Source of the DNA: a virus
Reading direction: 5' to 3' (one strand)
DNA: 64,000 nt
Virus record (IMG/VR): IMGVR_UViG_3300043427_001513
Span: 5,490 to 69,489 of that record
Position 1 is the first letter of the stretch. Every line of letters starts with the position of its first letter. A program made the translations under genes and the position numbers. Shown piece after piece: positions 27,701 to 38,343 of this stretch. The notes below the pieces were generated by a model that saw only the letters and a list, made by a program, of their open reading frames with translations, made no database searches and was not told the DNA's origin.

Positions 27701-30700
27701 GCTTTACATTTTCTTGAGTTAGAACCTCAGCAACAAACTGCTCAACACTATCAAGAGGTTGGTCTAGATACTCGTTATACTGCTTCTTAAATTCAGCATT
27801 GTATCTAAACAAGTAGTGCACAAAGTGACGGAATCTATCCTTTGAAGTAGTTACATCACCGTATGCTTCAAACTCTCTAGTGTTTTGGTTATAGAAGTAG
27901 TTTGCAGAAGCTGCATAAACCTTATCAATATCAAAGTCAGCACCTGATATTTCAATAAGTTCATGAGGAGAAACCATAACTGAACCATACTCTACTGGTA
28001 AGAAGTCTACCACACGAATAGAAACAGAAGAGTGCTTATCCTGAGAAGGGATACGAACACCAAACAATCTTGCTACAGCTTCTGGTATACGACCATTCTT
28101 GAGATACTTAGCTGCTTCAAGAGTTTGGGGAGGAATCATTACCTCAGTATATCTATCGATGATTTCACCTTGCTCATTATAGACAGGTACGTTATGGCGA
28201 AGCTCGTCTACATAAAACTCTCCTTCAGAAACACTTTGACCTGTCTCAAGAATATTTGTTAGATCTTTTAATCCAGAATACTTATCTGGGTTTCTACGAA
28301 TCTCAGCATCTCTAACAACTTCACCAATTGGATTACCAAGCTCGTCCAGTTTACCAGTAGCTCTCTTAACAACTTTAAAGCCGTAGTTAGAAACAAGCGT
28401 TAAAGAGTGACCAGGAATCTTTTCTCTAAACACATTGTTTACCATAAAGGTTATATACATCTGTACAAAACGATCTTCAATGGTAACGTTGTTTAGATTT
28501 GCTTTTAGATTTCCATTCTCATCTCTGCTAAACATCTCAATTTCTTTTGGACTTGCTCCAATGCCAATCAAGATATCTTTAATTCTGTCAGCAAGCTTGC
28601 CAATATCTGCAGTTTTTTGACCTTTTGGAAATACTTCAGCAACTATCTCGTCATATTTTTCTTTAAGTCTAGCCGCAGCAAGTTTGCTGTGTCTTTTCTT
28701 AAGAGCACCTGCAGAAAGTTTATTACCTCTGTGGTATACAGGAATCGCATCAGGTACGTCAGACTCAACTGTCTGAGCAACCTGAGTCATGTTTGTTACC
28801 TTAGTCTTATTACTTGGATTCTCTTGTTGAAGAACAAAGCTTGCAGCAGAAAGAGTTGTAAAACCATTTAAAGTTGTAGCACCTTTAGATGCAGAATTAA
28901 ACGCAGCAGCAGCAAGTCCTGTAGCTCCCTGTTGGTTTTCAAGCTTAAGTCTAAGATTATGAATAGCCTCTCTACCGGGATACGCTTTTTCATTGTTGAT
29001 TGACGTCAGTCTTGGAGAAAGAACAAAGGCAGAAGTCTTTATATATGCTTGTGCATCACCAGAAGTGTTAAAGTATGCAAGCTTCAAAGAAATCATAGAG
29101 TTCTTAAACTGAACATGACCTTTAACATTATCATTACCAAAGAATCGATCTGCAGAAATTTCTTCTCCACGCTCTACTGCATCTATCATGTCAACAAGAT
29201 CAGCATCAAACTTACCAAAAGAAAACATAAAATGTCTAAATGTCTTTGTAGTCAAGAACATCTGAGCATCGGTCTTCTCTCCAAACTTAGGATTTTGCAG
29301 AGTACCTGTAAACAAGCTTAAGTATTCTTCGTCTTCAAGAGTAAGAAGGTCTACAGATTCTGTAGGATGCATTACACCCTTCTGGGTATCTATTAAAGAA
29401 CTGTCTGCAGTAGGTCCGCCAGCTTGACGACCTTTTGCTCTCTTAACAAACTCTTTAGAAATCTCTGCTACAGAAAGAGACTTTGGATTAATAAGCTTTC
29501 CTGTATGGCCATACATCAAGTTGTTTGCACTTTGAGCCATTACAAAAGAGTTCATAATAACTTGTGACAAGTTGTGCTCAAGAATCAAGCTGCTTGGTAG
29601 AGTTTTATTCTTTTCTGTACGAGCCAAAAGATTTAGTAAAGCGGAACGCTCTTCATCAATTATACCATCAGAAGTATCTGACTTCTTCTGTATAGTAACA
29701 CCGTTAATGATATCGTATGGAATACCGGCTTTACCTACAACAGCATCTGCTTTAAGCATGCCTGCTTCTCGCATAATAGTAAAGCTCTCATCAATAACGT
29801 TGGCAAAAAACTCGTTGATAGATGCGTCAATAGAGTTTTCAGATACTGCTTGCTCAAAAGGAGTACCCTCTTTAGCTGCAGTCTCTAATGCTGTTCTTAG
29901 TTCTTCATTCTGAAGAATGCCCAACATATCAACAAACTTAAGACCTCTTTGATCTCCAGTATGATATCCATCAATTACTCTATAAGGTTCTGTTCCGTTA
30001 ATCTGATTCTGTACGGCTGTAATATTATCATACTCACTCTTAATAAGTCTTGTAATTGCAGCAACACCCTGCTCAGATAAAACTACCTTGTTACCTTTTA
30101 GTGTTACCATTGGTATAACAGGCATTTCTGCTATATCCATAGTACTGGTTGATTCAATAACACCTAGGTTTACAAAAGCTGTTCCCACCGTTTTTAGTAG
30201 GCCGGATTTATCACGATAAGTTTTCTTCTTATTCATGATGTTACCGCTTCCTGACAAGTACATTGCAAGAAGCGTGTGCATAAACTGAGAATCATTAAAC
30301 CTTGTGTAGGTTGTACCCTCAATTGATTTGTTTCTTGCAGTATTTTTTCTGTAAGCCTCTCCTTCTTCAAGTCCTAAATCTTGAATCTTAAGACCGTCAA
30401 CTCTTGAAACTCCAAAGTCAGAAAGAAGTGCAAGGAATTCAGGCATCTCAAGAAGCATGTTGTTTTGTACAAACTCATCTTCTTTACCGATTACCTCCGG
30501 TTTAGCAAACTCTCTTACTTCACGAGCTCTTTTAAGCTCATAAGTTGGAATCTGATGACCGTAAACAATCTCGTTATCAGCATTTACAAAACTTGTAGCA
30601 CCAATAGAGTCATTAAAGGTTGTGTTACCAGCAGCAATCTTTTGAATACGTCCCGCAGATCCAGAGAAATCATTAGCTTCTTCTGTTTCACCATCTCTAG

Positions 30701-33700
30701 TAAAAGGATCTTCTTTCTTTGAAAGGTTGTTTACAATAGCATTTACACCTTCCAAAGACAATGGTTCTGCAGTAATCGATCTTACAAAAAGCTCATCTTC
30801 TGGTGTTCTGTTTTCAGAGTTACTTAGAGTTGAATAACGTAAATACATTGGCTCCATATAGATGCCAGATGCGTTATACAACTTATCAGACAGCTCAATG
30901 AATACATCAAGATCTGTCTCAACTCCTTCTGAAACAACAGTTGAAATATCTTCAAGGGCTGCTTTAGTATCTGTGTAAGTAGCTTCTATTCCTCTGTAAG
31001 CTACAGTTGAATAAAATGCAGATCTCCAGTACTCAAACTGAGTCTTTGAATCATCTCTCTGGTTTGCATTAATTACTCTAATTACACCACCCTGAGGATC
31101 AAAAGAGAAGAATTTGTAGTCAACTCTAAACTTCTGGAAAGCTTTTAGGATACCCATAAGCTTTGCAGGATTATTAATGCTGTCTTTTAAAAGAGTACCG
31201 TCTTCATCAAACTGAATATTGAAGTCTGTGAAAAGCTTTTTAACAAATAAGGATGTAGCTGTTGGTCTTGAACTGTATGCCAAGGGTAGCATTGAAGAAA
31301 GCTTAGAAAGCTGTTCTTCCATTTTAGTTGTTCCTTCAAGTACATGCAACAAACCGTTGTATATCTGAGCACCATTGATGACGTTAATAGCGTAGCTATC
31401 TGCTGCAATTGGTCTACCAAAAGCTCCCTGTGGTACAGTTGTACTTTGAATGTAGAGTCTTACCCAAGCAGAAAGAGACTTCATACCACCAATAGTATGT
31501 TTTTCTTTTCTGTTTTCTGTAGAACTATCCTCAGCACCTTTAGGTCCAAGATCATCTTCTACAAGTTCCATAGAATCCTCTTGCTCTTCTGCATTATAAT
31601 TTAATGAAGCAAGGTATTCTTCTGCAGCTTCTACAAGCTCTTTTCTGTTTTCTACAAGTACAGTGTTGTAATCTCTAAGGATTGACTCAATGTATTCATA
31701 GTCATCACGAACTACATATGCCTCGTCCTGATAGTCATAGTGACTTTCAAAGTCAGCAAAAATCTTATCGTACTTCTGTTCATCGGAAAGGTTTCTAAAC
31801 TCAGAAGCCTCAGTGTCCATTCTAAATTTTGCTACTGCAATACCTGTGATAAGTTTCATAGAAGCATCACCGGCAAAGTACTTGTTGACTCTTCTTAGTT
31901 TACCATTAATAGTAATGTAGTCTTGTCCAGTAACAAGAGTTTTAAGTGCAACAATTACAGGAGCGCCATTCTCAATCAGATCTGTAAATCTATTAGACTG
32001 AATATCAGCGTTAGAATACTTGCCGTTTTCAATTTCCTGAAACAAGTTGTTGTAGCTATTCTTCTTAAATCCTTTTGTAAATAGATTAACAATAATATCT
32101 ACAATTCTAGCAAATAGACTTTTATTTGTAGGGGAAGTCTCTACTTTAATGTCTTTCTTCCAAGCTTCAAATTGGTCAGCTAAGTATTCTTCATATAGTG
32201 TATTCTCAAGCTCTTGCTCAGACATCTCCTCATACATGGGATCCATCTTGCGAAGAGCATTTAATGCACCCTTTAAGGTTTTATAAGAACGGTTTAAACC
32301 TGCCATCTTATAACCAGATGCAGATCTAAGCTTTTCGTTAACTTCTTTCTTTGCAATACTTAGATACTTACTGATTTCTTCCTCAGTAAGAAGCATTCTA
32401 AATACAGCGTGAAAAGCCTCATGGTACTTAAATGGAGTAGATGCACCAACTCTAATCTTTCCTTTAATCCCTGGGATATTTGTACCAAGAGCAGTAATAC
32501 TCATAATAAACTCACCAACAGTGATGTTACCATTATGAAGATTATCTTGAAGAGTTTGTACTTGTTGTACGCTAATGTTTCTTGGAAGATTCTTAGTTAC
32601 CCAATCAATGAACTCATCAATTTTAGTAGCGTCTTCTTCAGCGTACTGTTTAACAGGTTTACGAATTACCTTTTTAGCAGAGCCAGCGTTAAGCTTAGCT
32701 TCAATTTCTGCAAGTTCAGTAAGTATACTGGTTACTCTAGAGTCAGAGTCTCTTTGAGCAACTACCTCGGCAGCAGGAACACCAGATGCAAGAAGTTCTT
32801 TTCTTACTGTGTTTCTAATATCCTGTAATGATCTGTTAAGCTCAGCTCTTCTTTGAACAAGTCCTTCAGTTGGAGTTGCTGGTTCTTGGGGAGGAGCCAT
32901 GTTTGCTGACTGTTGACCTAAGGCAGACAAAGCATCAATAGCGCCAGTATCTGTTTTTGCAGCTTGTTCAGCTTCTGCTTTCTTTCTTTTCTCTTCAAGA
33001 ATAGCTCTGATATCTCCAAAACCAGACTGTTCAGCTTTCTCTTGCTTTTCAGACTCTTCAACTGCAGGCTTTTCTTTACTAAGAGGCTTGACTCTAAATG
33101 AAATATTACCTACAACTTCAGGCTTAACATCAGTCTCCATGTTAAGATCAACAAGCTGCTTAGCCTGAGCACCTTGAGAAATGCTAGTTCTAAAAGAAGA
33201 TGTCTTAAACTGAATGTTTTTAATCTTGTAGTTCTTAATAACATCTCTATTGTTAGAGACGAGATCATTAAGATGATCTACAAAATCTTGCATATTTTCA
33301 AAGGGTTCTGCAACAATATCTCTAGAGCTATTAATTTCAAAAGCTCCTTTCATTGCAAGGTTATCTGCAAGTTGTAGAGTAAGTTGACCGGATGCGTTTA
33401 CTCTGAGTTTGGCGTGCTGACCAGCACCAAGAGCAATGTACATCTTGCTATCAATGATGTCTTTGTTTGCCTCTGTGTTAGTATACGTAGCATTATCAAC
33501 GTTAGCTACAGCATCTTGTGCAAGAGTTGCAAGACCTTCAAGTAATCCTGTTTGAGTAGCTTCATCTACTACAGGTGCCTTAAGTGATACAAAACGTACC
33601 TTACCGTTAGGCATCTCTACAGCAAGAATGTATCTACCTCTATTATCTAACTGGTTTGGTGAAGCTTCAAGTGCTGCATCAATTTTTGCTTTTGCTGCTT

Positions 33701-36700
33701 CTCTAGCTTTTCCACGAAGGGTAGTAAGTTCTACAAAACCTGTTTTCTTAGTACCTCTTGCATCTCCACCTTTTGCGGTGCTTGCTCTATCTATAATGTA
33801 GTAACCACCCTCAATCTGTGAGTACTGAAGTTGGTCCATAGTAACAACTTCATTTGGCTCAGCAAAAGCATAAGCTCCATCACCAATAACAAAAGATCCA
33901 AAGACTTTTGCTGTTTCTTCTGGAGAAAGAACTACTTCATTTTGACCAGCTAGTGCTTCATTTGCAAGCTCATAAATTCTAAATGCCTGATAAAACGCAG
34001 CATTAGCTTTACTTCTCAGCTCTGCAATTGGAGCTGCACCCTCACCTTGATACTTAAATACTCTTCTAAGAATTAAGCTATTTTTAAAAGCTTCATAGTA
34101 TGGGATTGTATTTCCATCAGCATCTAAGAACTGAACGTTCTGAATACTTCTAGAGTAACCTATAACCTCACCGTCAAGAGTAATTCCAATTGCAAGCTTT
34201 TCTTTGCGTTCTTTAACGTGAGGATTGAACTTACCATCTACTGTTAGATATCCTTCTGACCAGTTATTGTTCTTGGTAATCTTCACTCCCATTCTTGAAA
34301 GGAGCTCCTCAGCAGGAGTATTTTCAAGAAGTTCTTTTACTCTTTTTTCAGCAAGCTTATCGGCAAGAGATCTAACTTCAGGATCATCAGTAGCTTTATC
34401 GAGAGTCTTTGCAGCTTCAGCAAGATCAGCTTCTGTACGAGCTGCATAAATCTTGGTATACTTCCAAAGGTCAAGAATCTTGTATTGCTCATTACTTTCA
34501 AAATCTTTGTACTGACCAGGAATCAATCTTTGATTGCCACTTACAAAAGTCTTTTCTTCTACAGTACCTACACGCTGGGCATTATTTAAGTCTTCAACAA
34601 CTTGTAATCTAAGGATAGGTTTTATCGCAGGATTGGTCTCAGAATCTTTAATAGCTTTCTGTGCTTCCTTTCTAGTTGTAAGAACCTTATAGGTTACGCC
34701 TCTACCATTGTTTACAACTTGACCAGCGTAGAAAGCTACACCATTAAATAGAAACTTCTGGCTTTCTGCCGCATACTTTTCTGCAAGTTCTCTCTTACCA
34801 GCTTGAGCTTCATCAAGAGTTTTAAAAGACTTATCTCCAATAAAGTTTGATCTGTTATCTACAACATAGTAAACCTTTGTTGCCTGCTCATCTGTTCCTA
34901 CTGTAGTACTAAGAATAAACAAACCATTATCTCCTTTAGTTGTCTCTAAATCATAACCAGCAGGACGAGTCTCATTTACAAATACATTAGGATCTGTAAG
35001 CAATCCACTAACTGCACCAATATTTAGATTGTACTTAATAAGAGTATCTCTAAGTCTAGAGCTGCCTTTATTGTCTTCAACCCACTGAGCTACAGAATCT
35101 GCAGTATTAGCGGCATTGTACATCTCCTGAATTTCAGTAAATGCTCTAATTGCATTCTCTCCAGCCGGTGTAAGCTCCCACTCTTGAAAACTCATTGCAG
35201 ACTCTTGACCTCGTGTTGCACTATCGTACAACGCGTAGATGGCATTCTGAAAATAGGTGTCAAGATTATCTACAGCTTCACTTAAATTCTCACTAACCGT
35301 TTCAGCTTTTTGTGCATTTGATGCAGCTGTTTCTGCTGCAACAGTATCTCCTTCATTACCCTTCTGCTGTTCTTTTGCTTGATTGTAATACGCAGCAAGC
35401 GCAACCATAGCAATCATATACTCTGGATCTTCTGGTGTAATTAAATCAGTAGATCTTATAGAGTAGAACTTAGAAGGACGAATGTTCTTTTCTAGAAAAG
35501 CTTCAATCTCTTCAGGAGCTATAACAATTCCAGCTTTTGCAAGATTCTCGATAAAGCTTTTTTGCTTTTCGTTTAGATTAACTCTATCAACAATTGCTTG
35601 AGACTGAGTCTTTCTTTCTTCAAAAAGCGATTTTGCAACTTCAGAAATTCTAACTTGAGCATCTCTAAACCCTGCAGGATCCGCAAGAATATTATAAATA
35701 CCTTGAAGATCTGCAGCACTTGAAACAAGTGTCTTGCTATCAAAGATCAAAGACAAAGTCTTTCTTGCATTTTGAGGATCTATAGTAGACCCTGTAGTTT
35801 TTGCAAGGTGCTCTAAGAACTTCTCGTATGCAGGCTGTATATAATTAAGCTTTCTTCTATCTGTATATACAGATCCGTCTTTTCTAGTAGTCTTAGACTT
35901 ATCAATGCCCTCCTTCATTTCTTGAAGAATGGCAAGACGTTCTTTTTTATTATTAATTATTGCTTGCTGTTCAGCGTCTTCTGTAGTAAGAAGAGTTTCT
36001 TTTTTAAGAACTTCAATTTCATTAAGAAGCGAATCCTCATCAAACATTACAGCAAAGTCACTGTAAGCAGCCTTAGCTACAGCAGGATTAGCCTTTACTT
36101 CATTAATGATAGATTCATTTCTTTCAAAGTGTCTCTTAATAGCGTGCTTGTAGAAAAGCATCTGACGCTTTGCTTCTTCAACTGCATGATAAGAGTGAAC
36201 CTCCGCCTCATACTCTGGAGTTCCTTTCTGATAAAGAGAAGGTTTGTATTGATTCTTAACTTCTTTCTCAATAGTTATAAAGTCTTTTGCAAGCTCCTGC
36301 ATTCTATTGATAACCTTGTCAAGCTTAGCAACTGTTTCCTCTTCTGTTCTAGAAGAAAGTTGAGGAATAGCCTCTTTAATTTCTTGGAAAGAAAGCTTCT
36401 TAAGATCTGACAGATACTTAATGTGCTCATTCATAGCACCAGTTCTCATCAGCATGTGCGCCTTTTCAAAAAGAGCAGCGTCTTTTGCGTGCTGTTGTGC
36501 AAGCTGCTCGTTATTTAAGCCAGCTTCCATCGCAGTATTTCCAATCTTTCTTGCTCTACCAAATGCTTGAGCAAGACTTTTGTAGAATGAATCTACGTCA
36601 TTACCTACCTCATTAAGAGAATCTAGAATCTTTTGATCTCTTTTTGCCTCTTCAGCTTTCTTTTCTTGATAAGCTTTAGGATCGTATACCCTTGAAATAA

Positions 36701-38324
36701 GATTAGGAACATTGTAAACTCCTTTAGTTACTGGAGTAACAACACCACCCATTAAGAAACCAGAAAGGAATGTTTCTAAACCTTGTGCACTGTACTGCTC
36801 TTTAGTTGCTCTTCCGAGACTTGCAGACCAACTTGCAGCTGAAGCAAAACCCGGATCATTTACGTCATGCGTATAATAGTCCTTAGCTGCAGCTGATATA
36901 ATTTCTTGACCAATCTCTTGAATACCTTCAGAGAAGTTGCCTGCAGCATATGTAGTTAAGTACCCAGTGGCGCCTTTTAATGAAGGTTTCTTTGCAAAAT
37001 TTACAGCAGCTTTAAATGCTCCAGGCTTCTTCTCATAAAGAATCTTGCCCTTCTCTGCAGCTTTCCTAGTAAACCTACCAAGAACACCATCTCCAGCAAT
37101 CTCAGCTACGTCTCCTAAAGGGGTATAACCTTTAAACAGAGTACCAAAAGTAATTTCGTTTGTTGCATAGATTAGAGGAGCGTTAGTTAATGCTGTAGTA
37201 TTTGCAGCAGCATACGATTTCTCTTCAATATCTTGCATCTCCTGGCCCACAGGAGCTCTTCCATTTGTCTGAATAAACTTATTGGTAAGCTCGTCTTTAA
37301 CTTCTTGCTCTACCATACCTGCTTCAAGCTTTGACTCAGACCAAGTCATTGAGGCAGCTTTAACGTCTTTATAGAATGCACCAAAACCTCTGGTAGTCTT
37401 AGCAAGATTAGTCATCTTGTATATCTGACCTTCAGTAGCAGCAAGCTCTTTTGCAAACTGCATTGTATTCTCTAGTGGATTAAGACCAGAAACAGTGCTC
37501 TGCCAGAATCTTTTCAGTTTAGTTACATCTTGTGCGGCGTCAATAGCATTAGTAACTTTTTTTACGCTGTTACTTGCTTTGTATATATCCCAAACACCAC
37601 CAAGAGCTTTTGTAAATTGTGCTGTTTTACCAACCGCTGCTGCACCTGTAACTGGAGCTGCTGTACCACCACTTAGATATGTAAGACCAGCAAGAGCTAA
37701 TTCTGTAGTAAAGTAGTCGGTAATAATACCAAACGTATACGCAGAGTTTAGCAGGAGGTTATTACCAAAACCAACTAAACCACCACGAGTACTGCTTCCA
37801 ATGTTAGAAGCTTTTTCATAGGTCTTAGAGATATCATCAGAGTATGAAAAGTTCTCACCCTGAAAAATATCACCTATTGTTTCATAGGTGCCTACAAAAC
37901 CAGCACCAAAAAGTTTCCCAAATTGGGAACCCATTCTTGCATAGTCCTCAGTCCAGTGAGAGTTTTCATTATAAAAGGTTTCATTATCTCTAAGAGGATT
38001 GAAACCTAGCTTGTTAAAAGATGGATGACTATAGTATCTATCAAAGTTGACAACATCTTTACCAAAGGTGATTGGTTCCTGGTAGCCTGGTGCCCTATAA
38101 GTCTGACTTAAATCAAAAGGCTTGTTTGCAAGCGATTCAATATTTTTAACTGGATCATTGGTAAAACCTCCACTGGTAGAAAACCATTGAGGATTGTCAC
38201 CTTTAAACTGCTCAAGCATTCTGAGCGATCTTTCAAGTCCAGCTTCTGCTCCACTAGGAGCACTAACGCCATACGCGTTTGTCAGAGAAGTAGGACCACC
38301 CAAGCTATTAGTCATATCAGCCAT
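24768..38324 (-). CDS. Virion-packaged DNA-dependent RNA polymerase (crAss-like giant polyvalent protein, 4518 aa)
   Basis: RIPSQDKHS and SGADFDIDK (catalytic DxDxD, about 27924-27938) two-barrel RNAP motifs; YHEAFH zincin motif (about 32409-32423); size and context typical of Crassvirales. Confidence 0.92.
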   Translation of the reverse strand: MADMTNSLGGPTSLTNAYGVSAPSGAEAGLERSLRMLEQFKGDNPQWFSTSGGFTNDPVKNIESLANKPFDLSQTYRAPGYQEPITFGKDVVNFDRYYSHPSFNKLGFNPLRDNETFYNENSHWTEDYARMGSQFGKLFGAGFVGTYETIGDIFQGENFSYSDDISKTYEKASNIGSSTRGGLVGFGNNLLLNSAYTFGIITDYFTTELALAGLTYLSGGTAAPVTGAAAVGKTAQFTKALGGVWDIYKASNSVKKVTNAIDAAQDVTKLKRFWQSTVSGLNPLENTMQFAKELAATEGQIYKMTNLAKTTRGFGAFYKDVKAASMTWSESKLEAGMVEQEVKDELTNKFIQTNGRAPVGQEMQDIEEKSYAAANTTALTNAPLIYATNEITFGTLFKGYTPLGDVAEIAGDGVLGRFTRKAAEKGKILYEKKPGAFKAAVNFAKKPSLKGATGYLTTYAAGNFSEGIQEIGQEIISAAAKDYYTHDVNDPGFASAASWSASLGRATKEQYSAQGLETFLSGFLMGGVVTPVTKGVYNVPNLISRVYDPKAYQEKKAEEAKRDQKILDSLNEVGNDVDSFYKSLAQAFGRARKIGNTAMEAGLNNEQLAQQHAKDAALFEKAHMLMRTGAMNEHIKYLSDLKKLSFQEIKEAIPQLSSRTEEETVAKLDKVINRMQELAKDFITIEKEVKNQYKPSLYQKGTPEYEAEVHSYHAVEEAKRQMLFYKHAIKRHFERNESIINEVKANPAVAKAAYSDFAVMFDEDSLLNEIEVLKKETLLTTEDAEQQAIINNKKERLAILQEMKEGIDKSKTTRKDGSVYTDRRKLNYIQPAYEKFLEHLAKTTGSTIDPQNARKTLSLIFDSKTLVSSAADLQGIYNILADPAGFRDAQVRISEVAKSLFEERKTQSQAIVDRVNLNEKQKSFIENLAKAGIVIAPEEIEAFLEKNIRPSKFYSIRSTDLITPEDPEYMIAMVALAAYYNQAKEQQKGNEGDTVAAETAASNAQKAETVSENLSEAVDNLDTYFQNAIYALYDSATRGQESAMSFQEWELTPAGENAIRAFTEIQEMYNAANTADSVAQWVEDNKGSSRLRDTLIKYNLNIGAVSGLLTDPNVFVNETRPAGYDLETTKGDNGLFILSTTVGTDEQATKVYYVVDNRSNFIGDKSFKTLDEAQAGKRELAEKYAAESQKFLFNGVAFYAGQVVNNGRGVTYKVLTTRKEAQKAIKDSETNPAIKPILRLQVVEDLNNAQRVGTVEEKTFVSGNQRLIPGQYKDFESNEQYKILDLWKYTKIYAARTEADLAEAAKTLDKATDDPEVRSLADKLAEKRVKELLENTPAEELLSRMGVKITKNNNWSEGYLTVDGKFNPHVKERKEKLAIGITLDGEVIGYSRSIQNVQFLDADGNTIPYYEAFKNSLILRRVFKYQGEGAAPIAELRSKANAAFYQAFRIYELANEALAGQNEVVLSPEETAKVFGSFVIGDGAYAFAEPNEVVTMDQLQYSQIEGGYYIIDRASTAKGGDARGTKKTGFVELTTLRGKAREAAKAKIDAALEASPNQLDNRGRYILAVEMPNGKVRFVSLKAPVVDEATQTGLLEGLATLAQDAVANVDNATYTNTEANKDIIDSKMYIALGAGQHAKLRVNASGQLTLQLADNLAMKGAFEINSSRDIVAEPFENMQDFVDHLNDLVSNNRDVIKNYKIKNIQFKTSSFRTSISQGAQAKQLVDLNMETDVKPEVVGNISFRVKPLSKEKPAVEESEKQEKAEQSGFGDIRAILEEKRKKAEAEQAAKTDTGAIDALSALGQQSANMAPPQEPATPTEGLVQRRAELNRSLQDIRNTVRKELLASGVPAAEVVAQRDSDSRVTSILTELAEIEAKLNAGSAKKVIRKPVKQYAEEDATKIDEFIDWVTKNLPRNISVQQVQTLQDNLHNGNITVGEFIMSITALGTNIPGIKGKIRVGASTPFKYHEAFHAVFRMLLTEEEISKYLSIAKKEVNEKLRSASGYKMAGLNRSYKTLKGALNALRKMDPMYEEMSEQELENTLYEEYLADQFEAWKKDIKVETSPTNKSLFARIVDIIVNLFTKGFKKNSYNNLFQEIENGKYSNADIQSNRFTDLIENGAPVIVALKTLVTGQDYITINGKLRRVNKYFAGDASMKLITGIAVAKFRMDTEASEFRNLSDEQKYDKIFADFESHYDYQDEAYVVRDDYEYIESILRDYNTVLVENRKELVEAAEEYLASLNYNAEEQEDSMELVEDDLGPKGAEDSSTENRKEKHTIGGMKSLSAWVRLYIQSTTVPQGAFGRPIAADSYAINVINGAQIYNGLLHVLEGTTKMEEQLSKLSSMLPLAYSSRPTATSLFVKKLFTDFNIQFDEDGTLLKDSINNPAKLMGILKAFQKFRVDYKFFSFDPQGGVIRVINANQRDDSKTQFEYWRSAFYSTVAYRGIEATYTDTKAALEDISTVVSEGVETDLDVFIELSDKLYNASGIYMEPMYLRYSTLSNSENRTPEDELFVRSITAEPLSLEGVNAIVNNLSKKEDPFTRDGETEEANDFSGSAGRIQKIAAGNTTFNDSIGATSFVNADNEIVYGHQIPTYELKRAREVREFAKPEVIGKEDEFVQNNMLLEMPEFLALLSDFGVSRVDGLKIQDLGLEEGEAYRKNTARNKSIEGTTYTRFNDSQFMHTLLAMYLSGSGNIMNKKKTYRDKSGLLKTVGTAFVNLGVIESTSTMDIAEMPVIPMVTLKGNKVVLSEQGVAAITRLIKSEYDNITAVQNQINGTEPYRVIDGYHTGDQRGLKFVDMLGILQNEELRTALETAAKEGTPFEQAVSENSIDASINEFFANVIDESFTIMREAGMLKADAVVGKAGIPYDIINGVTIQKKSDTSDGIIDEERSALLNLLARTEKNKTLPSSLILEHNLSQVIMNSFVMAQSANNLMYGHTGKLINPKSLSVAEISKEFVKRAKGRQAGGPTADSSLIDTQKGVMHPTESVDLLTLEDEEYLSLFTGTLQNPKFGEKTDAQMFLTTKTFRHFMFSFGKFDADLVDMIDAVERGEEISADRFFGNDNVKGHVQFKNSMISLKLAYFNTSGDAQAYIKTSAFVLSPRLTSINNEKAYPGREAIHNLRLKLENQQGATGLAAAAFNSASKGATTLNGFTTLSAASFVLQQENPSNKTKVTNMTQVAQTVESDVPDAIPVYHRGNKLSAGALKKRHSKLAAARLKEKYDEIVAEVFPKGQKTADIGKLADRIKDILIGIGASPKEIEMFSRDENGNLKANLNNVTIEDRFVQMYITFMVNNVFREKIPGHSLTLVSNYGFKVVKRATGKLDELGNPIGEVVRDAEIRRNPDKYSGLKDLTNILETGQSVSEGEFYVDELRHNVPVYNEQGEIIDRYTEVMIPPQTLEAAKYLKNGRIPEAVARLFGVRIPSQDKHSSVSIRVVDFLPVEYGSVMVSPHELIEISGADFDIDKVYAASANYFYNQNTREFEAYGDVTTSKDRFRHFVHYLFRYNAEFKKQYNEYLDQPLDSVEQFVAEVLTQENVKQRYIADVLKNMGLPSNEGEYQKAYDKKGHDLYVGALDTEIMQLKTALTFNDYTSAPRKTKTGDNVKDAAPAFQVAHVDPLKNLTKILTDDLSTIVDGLEIDDDQKANLKIEISTLFSERAFQHNTFAGMVRARKNNKEGAVNIGSAVKSLLAWNYLQKHGIQAKADIYVGLQGKNTVSYNDYGNSVGSDGQRKGYIISALVSAMTDNAKERLAAILGLNRDALGHVAHMVAVGVSLKEAVLFINQPLIKRYYKELELSRDEFSREQKSGDPLEILRKALTVGGKPAFETTDLLNERLKKAKLGFNIRSLSEAIAKDLEGGSNLDFDLAVAKQFMNLQDYTKQFIRISNISGLVKGIGDSTEQSFDTVFEDYDAITKESEGNIYPGMKEVFDSDPYIATAISILNDMKEKARQVLVRRTPKFMKLKKSILESTAVKSYKLEEFRNKLTRDMVSYFDILAYKNYLKNQGRLQEIEYTLSNSLLFYKEGMPTIVDYVEKLKEKFKDQGRTNEFLDRFIHAFSADSVANKSGFDYIETNTWSKIEPIQLQRLQAAFVELYNEDPISATAISNYILVKDGGQFKSGSISNVIPFVLQEEFHFATEGVRALLDNERATDKDFMEVFGQNEFNLMDSFVKNYMKHATISNKNYGASLYLRKIPKYKDSADAAPGISVSEDGTISIDIFTGMSKGEVIKYESEGVSFTERTGLTEEQKNDNKAVMNKNFMELLKIGFIPNAGEARGFFAPTALMYDNEVYYLETSAFSGKVKPQSSFEYYLPLGTKFTYKKADSVGTAKTTPIGFVFGSVPTTTEILDIKRERRQERQVTANPVEQNSTETPQQKPVEKTPESSVQGSPRDILSQNGVTFVIDPVNGITYFDSQGNTISKYSGKKPAEVAADFKVDENVEEENGTLPNSPTNGLTLELKDVLDDKDSFIEYVVGQGVPREKADLVWKGAQMMKSAPYEKRMKFVQSSIEKNKTCE

Positions 38325-38343
38325 TGTGGTATTTTTAAAATGT

